A stretch of DNA of 64,000 bases from Paraspadella gotoi (lineage: Eukaryota > Animalia > Chaetognatha), in NCBI GenBank assembly GCA_051294375.1, contig CM119264.1, positions 17,310,278-17,374,277 on the forward strand, given 5' to 3'. Below the pieces are notes generated by a model. It made no database searches. It saw only the letters and a list, made by a program, of their open reading frames with translations, and had not been told where the DNA came from. The position numbers and the translations under genes were made by a program. This document shows positions 22,265 through 35,392 of this stretch, one piece after another. Each line of letters begins with the position of its first letter. The stretch's first letter is position 1.

Positions 22265-22479
22265 GAAGCAGTGACGAAAACCTACTGAGGCTATTCTATT
22301 CCTTTCATTTCTAATAATATTATTCGATTAAATAATAACCAGTAAATACTGATGCTTATTTTTGCTATTTTATTGCCAAACATTTTATCAGCGTTTTAAA
22401 TAAAATTTTTTTATAAGTTTAAATATATAAAACAATCTTTTAAAATTATTTGGTAAAACTGAGTTTTCGTCACTGCTTC
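22265..22479. mobile_element. MITE-like element with 17-bp perfect terminal inverted repeats
   Basis: GAAGCAGTGACGAAAAC (22265-22281) and GTTTTCGTCACTGCTTC (22463-22479) flank an AT-rich core; no clear target-site duplication seen. Confidence 0.55.
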
Positions 22480-22815
22480 CTTTTTTCTTTAAACTTACGG
22501 CCCGATCTTCGTGTCTCCAGTCTCCACACCCAAAAAACAAACACTTGAGTCATCGTTCTATAACCAGCATAATACTTGTAATTCCGAGAATGTGTTATTG
22601 CCTCAATGCGACGCAATATGAAAAATCAAATATATTCCTTGGGTTAACATGAAATAAATTAATCGAAGGTAAACGAACTAAATGAAATGTGCTTTCAATA
22701 TATGAACGCGAACCACTGTTAATCCTTGTTTACCGGATCCCTGTACTTAACGTTAAATCTGGTAATTAAAACTCTTTAACTAGCCATTCTAAACAGAGCC
22801 CATAAAAAATAACGG

Positions 22816-23266
22816 ATAAATTTTACTTTCGCCGACCGCGGTTTAGGCGGCTTTTGAAAAATGTTTATTTTAACCTTAACCTTTCCCTAACCCCGGTCGG
22901 CGAAAGTAAAAGTAACCCAAAATTACTTGTTTGCTAATCTAATCTCCAAAGAGTTAAGATTAATAATTTTATTCGCCAACACACCGGCCACGTCTTTTGT
23001 TTCAAATTCTCAGTTCTGCGATAATATCACGTACAGCGCCAACTCTGTAAGGTCTACTTTAGTTTCTTTGGTTAAAAAAAAATTCTAAATTATTTGTCAG
23101 TTGTCTAAAATATAGTGGTCTTATTTAATATATTTGCACGATAATATGGACAGGGATGTTAGTTTTATCTTCTGGAAGTAGAGGGAACATCTACACAAAA
23201 CGAGGTTAAAAATATTTTCTGCCTTAGGTTTCGAATTAGACGCGGTCGGCGAAAGTAAAATTAATC
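22816..23266. mobile_element. MITE-like element(s) with one left and two right inverted termini
   Basis: TTTTACTTTCGCCGACCG (22821-22838) is inverted perfectly at 22894-22911 and again, slightly longer, at 23241-23266; internal TAACCT/TAACCC-type repeats. Confidence 0.55.
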
Positions 23267-24926
23267 AAACAATAAATATCGTTCTTGTTTGGAAGTCATT
23301 TATATTAAAAAAATTAAAATAACTAAAAGGCCGAACTGCTTAACTGATACTATGCTTTCAGAGCTTTACTCAATAAGTGACTTGTCGGTTAGTCAGCCTG
23401 TCGGCCTGTTCCACTAATGAATTAAACGCTTGTAATTCAGTTATTTGCTACATTACTTTCGTTAATATTTGGCCAATTTATTAAAAAGCGTTCGAACACG
23501 AAAACGTATTTATTGGAACAAAGATCAAGCATATCCTTTATTTAAATTGCATAGAATCTATTTACAATAAAAAAATTACACGAGGGGACAACTTTCTTTC
23601 GTAAACAATCAACGGCTTGCACTTAAGTTAAGTCTTAACGGCGTTCCAATCGCAGAGTCGGTGACGATTGAAAAACTGAAAAATTATTCGATAAAAGTTT
23701 GTGTTTCCCTTTCATATTATCGCGTGCAATATTCTGACCTTTGTCCCCTCCTTCCCCTTCCAAATCACGAAGCAAAGTTCCGTAGGTTTTGAAAGAATCC
23801 AATCTGTAAATTTATCATTCCAGCTTCTTGAGTAAATTCAGGCGAAATTAAGTCTCGTATTACTTTAAAAGTGTAATGACCTGATCGTCACTTACGCCGA
23901 TGATTCCCTCAGCGGAAAAGTCGCTTCACCTTCTTCATTGGAGGTCTGTGAATTCGTAGTCACTAACTGGGCGGAGGAATTTGGCGAAGTCAAATCCTCC
24001 GATTCCCCAATCACATCTAAAAAAACGTATCGGCGGTAAAAAAAAATTGTTCGTAATGTATATACTACATTAAATACGCCACGGGCTCATTTTTTTTATT
24101 GACCTTTTGAAGGATCGGAATAATCAGAGGAAGAACCGAGAAGTTGAATTTGTTGAAGCAATTGTTGTTGCCTCATTGAAAATTGGGATTTCGGATTCTG
24201 ATCGTAAACAGAAATTCATATATTGTTTACTATTTATAATGTTTAGACTTGAAAACAAATTTAAGGATGAATCAATTTTTTTGTACGTTCACGTACGAAC
24301 AACGGAGTCCTGACGCCGAAATCTTCTCCCTCTCCTTCCCTTCTGAGACGCGGCGTCGTTTGACTCGCCGTCCACGTGGCCATCGCGACGTCCAACGCCG
24401 GCGCGCCCCCTTCGCAATCCACGGCGCTCCTGTTTGACAAGGAAAGCCAAAAGAGTCATTCCATACTTTGGGCCCCGCTATTTTTTTTTTAACTAAAAAT
24501 AAAGATAAATATTAAAAAAATGTTGAGAAGGAAACAGAAGTTGGGCATTTACCGTGACAGCCTGGCTTCTAAGTCACTTACCAAATCCAACCAACCCTTC
24601 TTCCCATTTCTCTCTCTCTCTCTCTCTCATGATCGTCAAGAAATTTCCTCGTATCCAAACACGATTAATCGAAAAATATTGAAACTTATTTTGCCACTCC
24701 TCATAAAAGTCGCTGGTGTTTCACACTGAATTTTAATGAGGTAAAAAAAAATCCTTAAAAAAAACAAAAGTGAAGAGACAGTGATAACCCGTTAAATATA
24801 GGCAGTCTCAGAGCTTCAGATCAGGCTGAAACACCTATAACTATTACATCTATATATATAAAAGGTGAAAAAAAATGTTTTCAACATTCGTTAACGACCA
24901 TGAGTCATGTTAAGCAACACTATTTT

Positions 24927-27900
24927 TTACAAGGGCGCTTGGTTGGTTGAGGTTGAGAGCGGATTGAGCCGGTTGAACTCAGAGCTTTTTCGCGTCGAAT
25001 ATGAATCCAACCTTACGTACGTAACTAAACCTCCCATTCTCTCTCTCTCGCTAACGCCTTCTCGAGTCTCGACTCGTAAATATTTGATTTTTTTCCTAAC
25101 CACCGCGCGTTAATATTTAAAATTTTCAATTTTTTTTCTTTCTTCAAACCAGAATAGAAAAACACTTTCTTTTTCCCTCTTCCTCCCGCGTTTTTGCCCA
25201 TTTGTATTCGAGGGGGGAAAAAGTTTTTCGACTTTCGCGTTTCTTCGAGCCGGCGCAAGGCCCAATCTTTTACCCCCACCAGTAAGCCTTCCTTCCTTCA
25301 CCAATTTTTTTTGCGACCGGACGCAAAACGGAATAAACCCATAAAAGAAATAAAAAATAAAAAAAATTTTAAAAAATAAAAAAAAAAAACAATTTTTTTT
25401 CAACTAAGGCGAATTTTATGATTTTTAAAGAAAAAAAATGTATCGGTATCGAAGGCAAAGGCTGCTTAAATCCGGATTTTAAAAATATCCCTGAAACCTT
25501 CACCCAAACCCGCATAAAGACACCGACCTGGGTAGAAAAGTGAGAGTGTTGGCGGCAAAATCCCCAGATGTAGAAACGACGTTCAGGGTTGAGATTTTAG
25601 GAAGAATTGAGGGATTGTATCCTTGAGTTTTGGCCACGGCGATGGCGGCCAATCCTCCCCCGGAAGCCTTTGAGCCCGATGTCATTTGGAGCGGCGATTG
25701 GTAAATGTTTCCGACGGGGCTGTGATTGTTGTTACTGTGAGAGGAAAGAAAGAAAAATTCCGTTAGGTTTTTTTTTTCTTTTAATAATCTCTTCCAACGT
25801 ATCAACTTTATTCCAAACTTTCTGGTGTCAGTTAATAATAAGGTCTTCGTTAGTTAATAAACTTTTAATAACTTTTATTTAATAAACTATAAATAACTTT
25901 TATTTAATAACCTTTTATTGAACTTTTTGGTGTCTATAATAAGGTTGTTTGATCTACCAAAACTTCACCTTTGGTTGCTGCTGCTGACTATACTGCTACT
26001 GAGGCTGTTGTTATTGATGTGATGTGCGGAAGCGACTGCGAGGCCTGAAGGATGCGCCGACCGGTTCCTTCCTTTGTCGCAATAATGCCGGCTCTTGCAA
26101 CAGCAGCAGCAGCAACAACAGAGCCAGTGTGATTTATTAACAACAGTGATCAAAAGTGACAGCAAGGCGGCGACAAGCATAATTCCGCAGACAATGGCAA
26201 CTTCCACGGGACCCAGACTGTGACAAATAAAGAGGGAGAAAGAGAGAGTTTAAAAAAAAAGGGGAGGCCAACGTGCTTTTAAAGGGCGCCGCCCGACAAA
26301 TTAGGCGTAACTCGATTTGTTTACGCGGCTTTTCCGCTCAAGGGCGCTACGAGTGGGGTTAGGGGGCGTGGAGATGTTTAGAAAAGAGTTGGGCCGAAGG
26401 TTGCGAAGATATTCCCTTTGACAGTAGAAAGGATAATCCAGCAAATATAAGAGAGAGGATGAGAGATAGTTAGCAAGTCCGCTAAAAACTATAAATCTTG
26501 AATAAGACTTTAATGACCCTTCCCACCCAAAAAAAAAAAGAAATGAATCCATCAAACAATGAATCGCCTCACCAATAATGTGACCAACAAACCTGACGTC
26601 AAAGTCCGCGTCAATGTAGTCGTCGCCGTGCATGACGTGTGGACCGTCATAATTGACGTCGTCGCTGGCAGAGTCTTGAACGCGCCCCAGGTCTTTGGCC
26701 ACGGGACGCCACGACACAACCTTGTGGGTTCAATGGTACGAATGGCGCATGATGGTTATTACCTTCATAACGAATTAGTTTTTGATTTAAACCGTATTCA
26801 ATTATTCATAATCCGTCATAATTTGAAAATGAAAAATAGGATACCCAAAATGGAAGATCGCTGGGTAGCACTTTATGATATAACTCCACAAACTCCCCAG
26901 ACCCAGACCGGTCTTATAACTACACTTAATCACCAGCAATGACGTGGGCGAAGAAAAAGAGTTAATAACAAGGTAGTGCAGTACTTGGCGGAAGAGAAGG
27001 AAGATAAATTGAGATATGGCTTCGGTTCGCAGAGAGACGAAAAATAATGGAAAATCGGGGGGGGGGGGGCGTGGGGAAATCGGCTCCTTGCAACAATCCA
27101 ATCCAGGCGCTGTTTTCGTAGAATTGAAAGCGTTTTTTCATCCCTTTTTTTTCTCTCTCTCTCTCACCATTTCTCTTTCGTCCCACTCTTTTCCTCCCTC
27201 CATTATGAATGCTTCGTATGTATAGATTTCTTTTCGCTCTGTGATGAGTTCACGCCTTCCTCTCAACTTGACCCCCGATACAATAAGTTCGACGGAAAGA
27301 GAGAAAGGGAGGAAAAAAAAAAGAAAGGTCGTTAAAAGTAAATGAATTATGATAAAGACAAAGAGGAAGACATATAGAAAAAAGTATACAAGGAGATTAT
27401 AGGGAAATAAATTTTAATAAGAGAGTCGTTAAATGTAAAAAGATTAAAAAACAGAAACAAATCATGAAAAATAGAAAGGAAAAAGAGATTAGTGGAAATG
27501 ACCGAAGAAAAAAAAAAGAAAGGGAAGAAAGTCTTTATTTTAAGACGCAAAAACACATCATAGTTGGAAAAGATAAAGTAAAGTACATAGTAGAGAATAT
27601 TTTATAAAGAAAGGGGGAAAAGTGACTAAGAAAAAGTAAAGATAATATTGGATGGGAACACTGGCAGAGCAGAGCTCAAAAAAGAAAATTCGGTACGTGA
27701 TGGCCTATATAATATTGTATAGGAGGCAAACTTTAAAAAAAGGGTTAATTAACCTGATCCTATTTTAATTTTGTTTTTAACTGTAATCTTGACAAAGCCT
27801 CCGAGATCTACGTATACGCAGAATAGGTGGGTCGGTTTCTTTTGTTTTTTTTTTTACGACGGCTGACGTAAAGGAACACAAAAATTCCAAATTCCAAACA

Positions 27901-30900
27901 CATCCTCGAAGAGATAGGCAACCGAAAGAAGAGATAGAGAGAAACCGGAGAAGAGAGACGGAAAATAGTTATTCTCTCGGTCTAGCGCTCGGCGCCAAAG
28001 CGCTTCCATCCTAATTCGCCACATCCCTTTTCCGTCCCGTGAGTTCGACTCCATCCAATATATTAATTCTTTTATATCCTTTTTTTTTCTTTTCCGATTG
28101 GACGGCTCGGCGCTTTTGTACGTGTTTCCGTGTATTCTAAAATTCGAACGCTCAATTTTGGGTATATATGTTTTTTTTAAAAATTTCAAAAAAACAGTAC
28201 ATTGTCCGATATTCCATTTGGAGTCATCTAATTCTTTTCCTACGATTCTATTCACAACATTTTTTTTTGCAGAATTTTTTTTTTTGCGAATTCTTTTAGA
28301 CTTTTTTTCTTTCCCTCTCTTATCTAGAGCTTTCGCCTCCTCCCTTAATTCCTAATTTTCTGGTATTTTTTTCCGCCGCTTTTTTTATCTCGAAGCTCCA
28401 CTTCTTTTATTTCGTATGTTCTTCATTTTAATTTCTTCATTACGCTCGATAATCTTTGTTCCGCTCTTATTTTTTTTTCATGCTTAAATAAGTCTCCTAT
28501 TATTGTTTCTCAAGCATAAGTGCATCATTAAGCAGCGTGAGAGTGGAACTAAATGTTATCAAATTATAAATTTTTTTAGAATTTTTCTCCACTTTCGCTC
28601 GCTGGCTGGGTTTATTTCAAAAATCATACATTCTTCACCGAGACACGTCATCCATTTCGCGCGTTCCGGGACGACTCTCGTCTCAGTCAGACATCTCTCT
28701 TCTCTCTCTCCTCGTTCTGCTCCGTCTATCTCCTCTTCTCTGCTGTCCGTCTCGCCTTCCATCTCGCTCTCTGTCGTCCTTCTTCGATTCATTATTTCTG
28801 CTCTCGTCTGATCACACTAAGACCATTCTCCGTGCTTAGTCGAGCTTCTCTCCGAGACAGGGTCGGTCGGAGCGCCGTCCGATCTCGCACGTCGCGGGTC
28901 TGATCCGTCTTCCGTCTCTTAAAGTCCCCCTGTGTCATGATATTGCGCCCCCTGTTCCTCCATGAACGGTTTCTCGCGGCTTATAATCTAATATTTGATT
29001 GGATTCCTACTTTTTTTTTTTTTTTTTTTTTTTTTTGTTTTCTGCTCCAAGTTTTCCGGGATGACAAGTTTCCGGTTCCTCACTTCCCCTCCCTTCTCGA
29101 AAACCACTCATCTCTATTTTTGACATCGACTTTTCCTCCTTTCCGGTTTTTTTTATTCCTTTTTCCCCATTTCACCCTTTTTTCCCTTCAAACTGATTTT
29201 CCCCCGTCCCTCAATGTCCCAACACCCCCTGCCCCTCTCATCCCACCCCAGTTTCACGGTTTCTGATTTTTCTGCGTTGCATACGACAGACGCCGTTGCG
29301 ACAAGCAAGACAACGGAAGCAGTACAAAGAGCGATTGAGGGACCTGATGACAAATTGTCCGTGACAGCAATGCGTAGAACAAAAGCGCTCCAGGTGAAGA
29401 ACAACCAGTTTCTTGCTATTTAATTAAACTGGCATATGACTGTTATATGATTAAAATATATGGTCAAAATCTTTAAAAAAAAATATTATTTCATTTCAGA
29501 TAACAAAAAAATTCTCCGCTATTTTTTTTCCTTCCCATCCTTGTCATTTTCCAAAGAGAACAAAAACCTTCTGACAACAAAGGTTGCGCTCAACAATCCC
29601 GGTTTTTTTGTTTTTTTTTAATTTTCATTTCCACCTTGATTATGCAAATGAGGATCAACCTCGGGAACGAATACTCAGTTCGTAAGCTTTTGTCCGTCCT
29701 CGAACAATCATTTACTAACTACATAAATATTTTATAGAGTAAAAAAGATTAACAATTAAACATAGCGTTCACTTCCAGCAAACCTGAGATTCTGGCAGAA
29801 TTTCGATGGTTTTATAGATGAAGTCAAAGTCTTCGTCAATGTTGTCGTCGTCTTGGTCGTCGTCGTCGTCGTCGCCGTTGAAATGACTATGACCGGGATA
29901 TCTTTTCCTCACCACGAGTGAGATCAGGTAACGACGTTCTTCATCGCTGCAAAAAAAGAAAACCACTTTAGGGATTATGTATCTTTACAGATTCGTTGCT
30001 TCAACTATATATAAGTTTGTAAAACAAAAGAATTGTGTTATAACTTGAATTTACCTTTCTTGGTCTTTGACCTTGCCCTGCGCTGCAAAGGCGGGGCCAT
30101 CATTTGGGGTCGGCAGAGTTTTGAGGAGAGACTGACTGATGAAAAGAGTCAACTCCATCTTGTGACCATTTTGTCGAACTCGTTGATAAAGAGCGCCTGG
30201 TATTGAAGAAGGAAAGATAGGAGAGTGACCAATTTTGGGTTAAATATTAAGGTTGAAATTAAATTCTGGGAAAAACGAACAGAAATGGGGCACTCTGGGA
30301 AAAGAGAGCCCAATTTTGAAGGTTTAGTCCAATGTATACTTGTAGTTACTTGTATAGTTGTATACTTTTATGTACAATGATTCATATAATCGTACTGCTT
30401 TACCTTGCGTGGAATGTGAGGTGTAGTTGAGATGCAGGAGATTGTACTGCGTTGCGCTTGAGAGTCCTCCGAGACGCCAAGAAATGTTGTTCCACGATGG
30501 CATCGGATTCGACAAAATCACGCACCTGGGAGTCGTACACAAATTGTCGAGAGAAAATTCTTGCCGTTGTTGGTTTGTTTTTGGGATTGAAATTCGATTT
30601 TTTTTTTAGTTAAAGTTGTTTATTCACATGCAACTTTGAATTTTTATCTTTATTGTAATTCTCGGATGCACCATCGCCATGAAAGATTAAGAGCCACCAC
30701 GGATAGATCACCTAGTGACTTGGGACTGTTATTTAAAAAAATTAACAAACAGGTCACTGCGGACGTCGCCATTAATTACAATATAGTGTTTCAACTGACT
30801 ACCGTTTAAATTTGTAATCCGTGCCCTCTATTAACATTTGTTCCGGTCGAATAAAAGTACTTACGAGAGGAATTTGAATTCCGACGCCGATTCACCGCTG

Positions 30901-33900
30901 ACGTCTCCACGAAGAGAGCGTCTTTCTTTGAAAGTGTGGGAAATCTTGGGAGCACTTTGAGGATCGGGGCCGAACTCGGAACGGAGGGCAGAATGTTTGT
31001 CGAGGCGGGCTCTCTCACCGTACCACCGCAGCCTGGAAATTCGAATTCGGGAGAGAGGAGGTGGAGGCTCAAAGGAAGAAAGAGAAAAGCGGCGAAGGGG
31101 AAAACAGAGAAAAGAAACAAAGGATTCACACGAAATTTTGTTTGCTTCTGCTTTTTAAATAAGATTTAGTTGATATAATGCCCATATCGAATTGCGGTAG
31201 AGGAACAGAACGAGACGATATTTTATATTTATCTTAACTCGTTGTTTCTTATCTGAAGCGCCATTTTTAACGGTGGTTTCGCATGCCTTAATTTGTTGTT
31301 TTTATTCTAATGGCAATTTTTTTCGTTGTTTTTATCCGAATTTGTTGTTTTTTTTTTTTCATCTAATCGCTAATTTTTCGCTTTTTATGCATTTGGTTTT
31401 TACATCCTATGTTTGTCATTGTTTTATCTAAATCGATGAGATCGGTACTCTCCTCTCTCTCTCCTCTCTCACTCGTTCGCGCTCACTTTCTCTTTCACCG
31501 GTGGCACTTCCTGCGAGGTTCGACCCAAACACATGAAGCGTCAAAGTTCGATTGGGTTGATTCACGGAGGAATGGAGGGATCGAGAATGGCGTGGACGCG
31601 GGACCCGCCCCCACTCAGACGTGACGTTAATTTTAAGTACACTAGAAAAAGATTAGAAATGGATTAGTAATTCATTATTTATTAAATCTATGAAAATTTT
31701 ATGTACAAGTCCAACCGAAGTTTAAATCACCCTTTTAGCGCACTTTTCTTTTGCTTTTGGCATACACATAACTTTTTTTCACAAAGACATATAATTTTAA
31801 ATACAGAAAAAATTTAATAATCATAAATAGAACTATATATATAATTATAAAATCCTAGTTCTGCTGGGCAAGGGCCAAAAAAACATACTTGAAATTTAGA
31901 CTAAATGATGCAGTTAAGGACCGTGTTATTCTGCAGGGTGTGTGAGTAGTTTCCCGAGCCTCGCGTGTCCAAGAGCCATATAGATGTTTTGCGGGTGGCC
32001 GCCCCGAGGATTGGCGCGGCATTTCGCACTCGATCGAAAACTCGCGAGCTGGACCCCATGGCCGTTGAGTCGACCATGGTGCCTGGGGTGAGATGAGGAA
32101 AGCGATGGGCAAAAGAGAGTAAAAAGAAAAAAAAAAGAACATCGAGAAAAAAAAGGGTGCGGTTATGTTTAAGGATGATTATTTATTTTTTCAAAAATGA
32201 AAAAGGTTAAAGAACTGGTCGATTGGAGGTTGATCGCATTCTTACCTGAAGAGTCGGAATTTTTGCCCATGGATGTCGTTCGCAGACAATCTGTGAAAAA
32301 AAAAATTAGAGAATGTTAAGGCGAAAAGATTCACAAAGTGAGCAAAGCCTGCAGTCTCTCAACCATGGTTCCATGGCTCCCCTCAACGGCAAAACATTAA
32401 CTCAAGCCTCCGGNNNNNNNNNNNNNNNNNNNNNNNNNCTATGTTCTGTCACTTTGTTTTATCTAAATCGATGAGATCGGTTACTCTCTCTCTCTCTCTC
32501 TCTCTCTCACTCGTTCGCCTCACTTTCTCTTCACCGGTGGCACTTCCTGCGAGGTTCGACCCAAACACATGAAGCGTCCAAAGTTCGATTGGGTTGATTC
32601 ACGGAGGAATGGAGGGATCGAGAATGGCGTGGACGCGGGACCCGCCCCCACTCAGACGTGACGTTAATTTTAAGTACACTAAGAAAAAGATTAGAAATGG
32701 ATTAGTAATTTATTATTTATTAAATCTATGAAAATTTTATGTACATCAGTCCAACCGAAGTTTTAAATCACCCTTTTAGCACATTTTCTTTTGCTTTTGG
32801 CATTACACCATAACTTTTTTTCACAAAGACATATAAAATTTTAAATAACAGAAAAAATTTAAAGTAAATCATAATGAACTATATATATAATTATAAAATC
32901 CTAGTTCTGCTGCAAGGGCCAAAAAAAAATACTTGAACATTTTAGATCAATGACTGCAGTTAAGGACCTGTTATTCTGCAGGGTGTGGTGAGTAGTTTCC
33001 CGAGCTCCGCGTGTCCAAGAGCCACATATAGATGTTTTGCAGGTGGCCACCCGAGGATTGGCGCGGCATTTCGCACTCGATCGAAAACTCGCGAGCTGGA
33101 CCCCATGCCGCCTGAGGCTCGGACCATGGGTGCCTGGGGTGAGATGAGGAAAGCGATGGGCAAAAAGAGAAGTAAAAAGAAAAAAAAAAGAACATCGAGA
33201 AAAAAAAGGGTGCGGTTATGTTTAAGGATGATTATTTATTTTTTCAAAAATGAAAAAGGTAAAGGAACTAGGTCGATTGGAGGTTGATCGACTTTCTTAC
33301 CTGAGCAGTCGAATTTTTGCCCATGGATGTCGTTCGCAGACAATCTGTGAAAAAAAAAATTAGAGAATGTTAAGGCGAAAGATTCACAAAGTGAGCAAAG
33401 CCTGCAGTCTCTCAACCATGGTTCTCAAATGGTCCATGGTCCCTCAACGGATTAACTCAGCCTCCGGGATAAACAACACTCTCGAGTCTTTGTGCCACGA
33501 GTTACACTACTTTTGCACGGGTATCCATCCTCAACGCTTCAACACTCCGGCGCACGCGCGGCCCAATAAATCAGACGCGCTCGTTTGCGCCTCTCGCGCC
33601 ATTCGCCACGCACGCCTCGTCCCGGGGGCGTCGCCCGCGGCAACGAGTCTTTCACCTTGACGAAAATGAATTTTCAATTCCAAACAATTTGATCGGAGAA
33701 GCGGCCGAACGGAAAATTAAATTTAATCCCTCTCGGTCGCCTATTTTTTATTCTACTTCCGGCCTCTCGCCTCTCGCCTCTCCCTCACTGTTTTTTTTTT
33801 TTTTTTCCCTTGTCTCCCCGTTTTCTCTTTTTCTCTATTTATCTTCCTCCCTTTTTGCGCCCTCCCATCCTCTTTGTCCACATCAGACTGAAAAGGGACT

Positions 33901-34275
33901 GTTTTTTCGCGTCATTAAAGCCTCGCTTATCAGTGGAAATGATTTAGATACTTTTAAATTTAAACTTATTAACTAGGGGGCTGGTTTTGTACGCATGGAC
34001 AAATCGAGAAAGAGACTTTCAACGTCGAAGCTGATTGAAATTTTAAAAAGTTTTTACCAAAAAAAAATTCATTATTATAGAATCATCTTATACAAAAGAC
34101 AGCCTTACTAATATGGAAACAAAATAATTATAGAATTGCACCTTGTAATCTGTAAATATGAAGACATTACTGAGCTTGGCGAAGTGTAAATTTTACGAAT
34201 TTTCTCGACTACGAACAACGAACCGTTTTTAAAGGTGATAAATAGAATTAAATCTACAATGTTCCCGACCATCTG

Positions 34276-34316
<41 letters not shown>

Positions 34317-35298
34317 CTGCTCTTCTTTTCCTATCTCTTCTTCTCTTTCCTATCTCTCTCTCTCTCTTCTCTAATCTGCTCTCTCTCTTTCTATCTCTTC
34401 GTCCGAGTGACTTACGAATCATTAGACACGAACAATGGATTTTTAGGTCGCTAACTTTCGTCGCTAACTTACGTCGTAATCGAGTTTTTATGACAGAACT
34501 TTAGACATTCTCGATTTTCGGAGATCAGTAGCTGTCTGCATTCCTTCTTCGTCTTAGTTCATTTATTTATGACGGTTATAACAAGATAAAGCCAAATAAA
34601 ATCACATCTTTGAAAATACTCCCATATCTCTTTAAAATTAACTCGCCTCTGTTTAGACTTGTCTGCCTTTTCAGGTTTTCTGATCGGCTCTCGCCGCGTA
34701 TCCTGACGAAGAACGACCTGAAAGATTGGAAAGAATTATTAATTTAAATTTAAACAACAGTTGATAGAAGTAAAAAAAAGGGGGGAAAAAATTACATTTT
34801 GTACGTATATTCAGAAAATAATTAAAAAATTGAGTAAAGATCATGTTTTCTAATATTTGTTTATCGGGGTCAGGGAAAAGCAAATCGCGTGATTCCAAAA
34901 TTTTGCAAAAGGTGAAGACTCCCTTAAACCGCTACGTGTCGTACGCCCACGGAACGCTCCTTCATCGTCACCCTTTCTTTCTAATAACTCATCGTCTTCT
35001 CCCTCCTCTCACGCCAAAAAGGACATCCAATTTTCCCGACGGAACAGCGGCCTGGAAATAGTCTTACCGCCATTTGTAAACATAAACAAACTTGTAGAAT
35101 CGGGAAAGGACAAGTGGGAGGGAGGGTTGGTGGTGAAAGCGGTGAAAAAAAGAGGAAAGGCGGGGAACTAGAATTGGATGGCGTCAACCTAACTTGTTCA
35201 TGTACAGTTTTGATCATTTTTTCGCAGGGTTTGACGTTTACTGCTCTCTTCGGGAGGAGGAAAAGAAAACTCGAATGATTTTGTTTCGATCGCGGGAG

Positions 35299-35392
<94 letters not shown>

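Noticed and set aside
22018-22292. RNase MRP/P, telomerase RNA or group I intron as a firm call
   Set aside because: Only isolated motif resemblances; paired CR-I/CR-V, a CTAACCCT template and the P/Q/R/S elements were not found.
29334-29349. 16-nt exact match to 55462-55477
   Set aside because: About one such match is expected by chance in 64 kb, and there is no flanking similarity.
29270-29415. EGF domain (neuregulin-like gene)
   Set aside because: One minus-strand frame is Cys-rich, but the spacing does not fit EGF and the frame is ambiguous.
31407-33467. Second possible case of duplicated alternative exons (Ig gene)
   Set aside because: Introns are copied too, the copies abut an N-gap, and they differ by frame-breaking indels rather than synonymous changes; this indicates an assembly overlap.
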